From: Thermoanaerobaculia bacterium
Lineage (GTDB): Bacteria; Acidobacteriota; Thermoanaerobaculia; Thermoanaerobaculales; Sulfomarinibacteraceae
Direction: 5' to 3'
DNA: 64,000 nt
Assembly (NCBI GenBank): GCA_027061805.1
Contig: JAMOWA010000040.1
Location: 50,974 to 114,973, forward strand
The notes beneath the pieces are model-generated. The model worked only from the letters and a program-made list of their open reading frames with translations, was not told the origin of the DNA and did not search any database. Position numbers and translations under genes: made by a program. Shown here in pieces: positions 62,686 through 64,000 of this stretch; position 1 is the first letter of the stretch; every line of letters starts with the position of its first letter.

Positions 62686-62701
62686 AGCAGGAACCGTACC
62701 A
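62686..62701 (-). promoter_or_regulatory. Weaker sigma-54-like promoter
   Basis: The minus strand reads TGGTAC-GGTTC-CTGCT. GG-N10-GC spacing is correct, with two departures from the consensus. It lies about 45 nt upstream of ATG 62643. Confidence 0.3.
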
Positions 62702-62821
62702 GCCTGGGGCCCCGGTGGGCGCCTCGCGAAGAGGGGTTGCCGTGCCCCGCCGGCACGCCGTGCCATGCTGGCCGGGAGCCGCTCCGCTCCACCCCGGCCC
62801 CTGTGGTATCGTGACGGCACC

Positions 62822-64000
62822 ATGGGGCCGGACGTCAGCCACGAGACCATCGCAGTGGAGGGGGTTTCCAAGGTCTACCGGGTGTTCGCCTCCCCGGGGG
62901 AACGGCTGAAGCACCGCCTGGGGCTCAGGGGCAGGTGGGTGGACCACGAGGCCCTCCACGACGTGTCCCTGACGGTCGCCGGGGGCGAGGCGGTGGGGAT
63001 CGTCGGGGAGAACGGTGCGGGGAAGTCCACGTTGCTCAAGATCGTGGCCGGGACCACCGCACCCACCACCGGCACGATCCGGGTGGACGGCACCGTGGCG
63101 GCCATCCTGGAGCTGGGGGCGGCCTTCCACCCGGAGTTCAGCGGCAGGGAGAACGCCGTGCTCTACGGCGCGCTCATGGGCCTGTCCCGCCGGGAGATCC
63201 AGGACCGCCTCGACGAGATCCTCGCCTTCGCCGAGCTGGGGGAGTTCATCGACCACCCCATCAAGACCTACTCCACGGGCATGGCCATGCGCCTGGCCTT
63301 CGCCGTGGCCACGAGCGTGGAGCCGGACGTGCTCATCGTGGACGAGGCGCTGGCCGTGGGCGACGGGTACTTCCAGAAGAAGTGCATCGACCAGATCCTC
63401 AGGATCCGCGAGCGGGGCGCCACGATCCTGTTCTGCTCCCACGCCATGTACTACGTGACCATGTTCTGCGAGCGTGCGGTGTGGCTGGAGGGGGGACGGG
63501 TCCGCAAGGTGGGGCCCGCCGACGAGGTGGTGGAGGCCTACGAGGCCCACCTCCTGTCACGGGGGAAGCGCACCCCCGACGAGAGCGGCCGCGTTCCCGG
63601 CGTGGAGCTGGGATCCGGCGGGACGCTGGGGCTCCGCACGGGCCGGGTGGCCGAGGTGCACCTGGCGGGGCGCCGGGACGGGGCCGGAGTGGTGCTCGAG
63701 CCCCACGACTCCCTCGTGGTGGATCTCGGGGTGGAGAGCGTGAGGCGGGAGGAGCCGTACCACGTGGTGGTGACGCTGGATGCGGCCGACGGCCGGTGCG
63801 TCATGGCGGCCTCCACCTTCTGGGACGGACGCGAGCCCCTCCGGGGATCGGACCGCTACGGTGTCCGGCTGGAGGTGCCCGACCTCCCGCTGGCCGGCGG
63901 GACCTACACCCTCTACGTCTTCCTCCTGGACGAGACGGGGCTCCACATCCACGACGAGGTGGTGATGACGGGGGCGGTGACCGTCCGGGGAGCGCGCCGC
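62822..64000 (+). CDS. Wzt/TagH-like ABC exporter ATPase with C-terminal beta-sandwich (glycan-binding-type) extension; 3' end beyond window
   Basis: Own translation from ATG 62822. Walker A GENGAGKST, signature YSTGMAMRLAFA, Walker B VLIVDEALAVGD, H-loop CSHA, then over 130 aa of extension. Open to the window end, so it is absent from the ORF track. Confidence 0.8.
   Translation, partial: MGPDVSHETIAVEGVSKVYRVFASPGERLKHRLGLRGRWVDHEALHDVSLTVAGGEAVGIVGENGAGKSTLLKIVAGTTAPTTGTIRVDGTVAAILELGAAFHPEFSGRENAVLYGALMGLSRREIQDRLDEILAFAELGEFIDHPIKTYSTGMAMRLAFAVATSVEPDVLIVDEALAVGDGYFQKKCIDQILRIRERGATILFCSHAMYYVTMFCERAVWLEGGRVRKVGPADEVVEAYEAHLLSRGKRTPDESGRVPGVELGSGGTLGLRTGRVAEVHLAGRRDGAGVVLEPHDSLVVDLGVESVRREEPYHVVVTLDAADGRCVMAASTFWDGREPLRGSDRYGVRLEVPDLPLAGGTYTLYVFLLDETGLHIHDEVVMTGAVTVRGARR

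Noticed and set aside
53151-62821. Calling the insert between wzm and wzt a mobile element or genomic island
   Set aside because: I found no integrase, transposase, tRNA target or flanking direct repeats. It is kept only as an accessory insert hypothesis.
1-64000. Search for PEP-CTERM-type cargo, CRISPR arrays, tRNA/rRNA genes, toxin-antitoxin pairs or defence-system genes
   Set aside because: None were found by eye. All visible C-termini of the predicted secreted proteins lack a motif-TM-basic tail. No repeat-spacer periodicity or conserved RNA signatures were seen.

Overview
This is a 64-kb, visibly very GC-rich (not computed) chromosomal segment from a diderm bacterium, as shown by a porin and an Mla system. 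The mix of sigma-54/bEBP, Ser/Thr kinase, FHA, DUF4388 and exosortase genes resembles Acidobacteriota-, Myxococcota- or Desulfobacterota-type genomes, but that is inference only. I recognised no rRNA, tRNA, CRISPR, transposase or integrase. About 50 CDS are credible once the long antisense and out-of-frame ORFs typical of high-GC DNA are discarded. Two real genes run off the window edges and are missing from the ORF track (1-2198 minus, 62822-64000 plus). Gene blocks: (1) USP, PilZ and dodecin. (2) A tightly packed plus-strand unit of about 14 kb: RsbRD_N-like, dsrMKJOP, CoA-disulfide-reductase/rhodanese, hemA, cysG-like, PhnD-like binding protein, histidine kinase and NtrC-type regulator. (3) Two orphan secreted proteins and a porin. 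(4) A TPR diguanylate cyclase and mlaEFD. (5) ribH-nusB extended by transglutaminase-like and DUF4388 genes. (6) An FHA pseudo-bEBP convergent with a Ser/Thr-kinase, compact exosortase and membrane-protein operon. (7) dnaJ, def, mevalonate/squalene genes and a 2-oxoacid dehydrogenase operon. (8) An accessory stretch where an ABC-2 (Wzm-like) permease and its Wzt-like ATPase are separated by about 9.7 kb encoding an FG-GAP protein, a Cys-rich orphan, a 1518-aa surface protein and a periplasmic orphan. Most interesting signals: three strong sigma-54 promoters, each with a TGTTAC-N6-GTAACA-like site centred 95-96 bp upstream, which link the dsr unit, a terminator-bounded ~230-nt candidate sRNA/leader and the porin operon into one putative regulon. 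Others are the kinase-exosortase coupling, the split Wzm/Wzt island, and a 170-bp heptad-rich inverted repeat inside the dehydrogenase operon.
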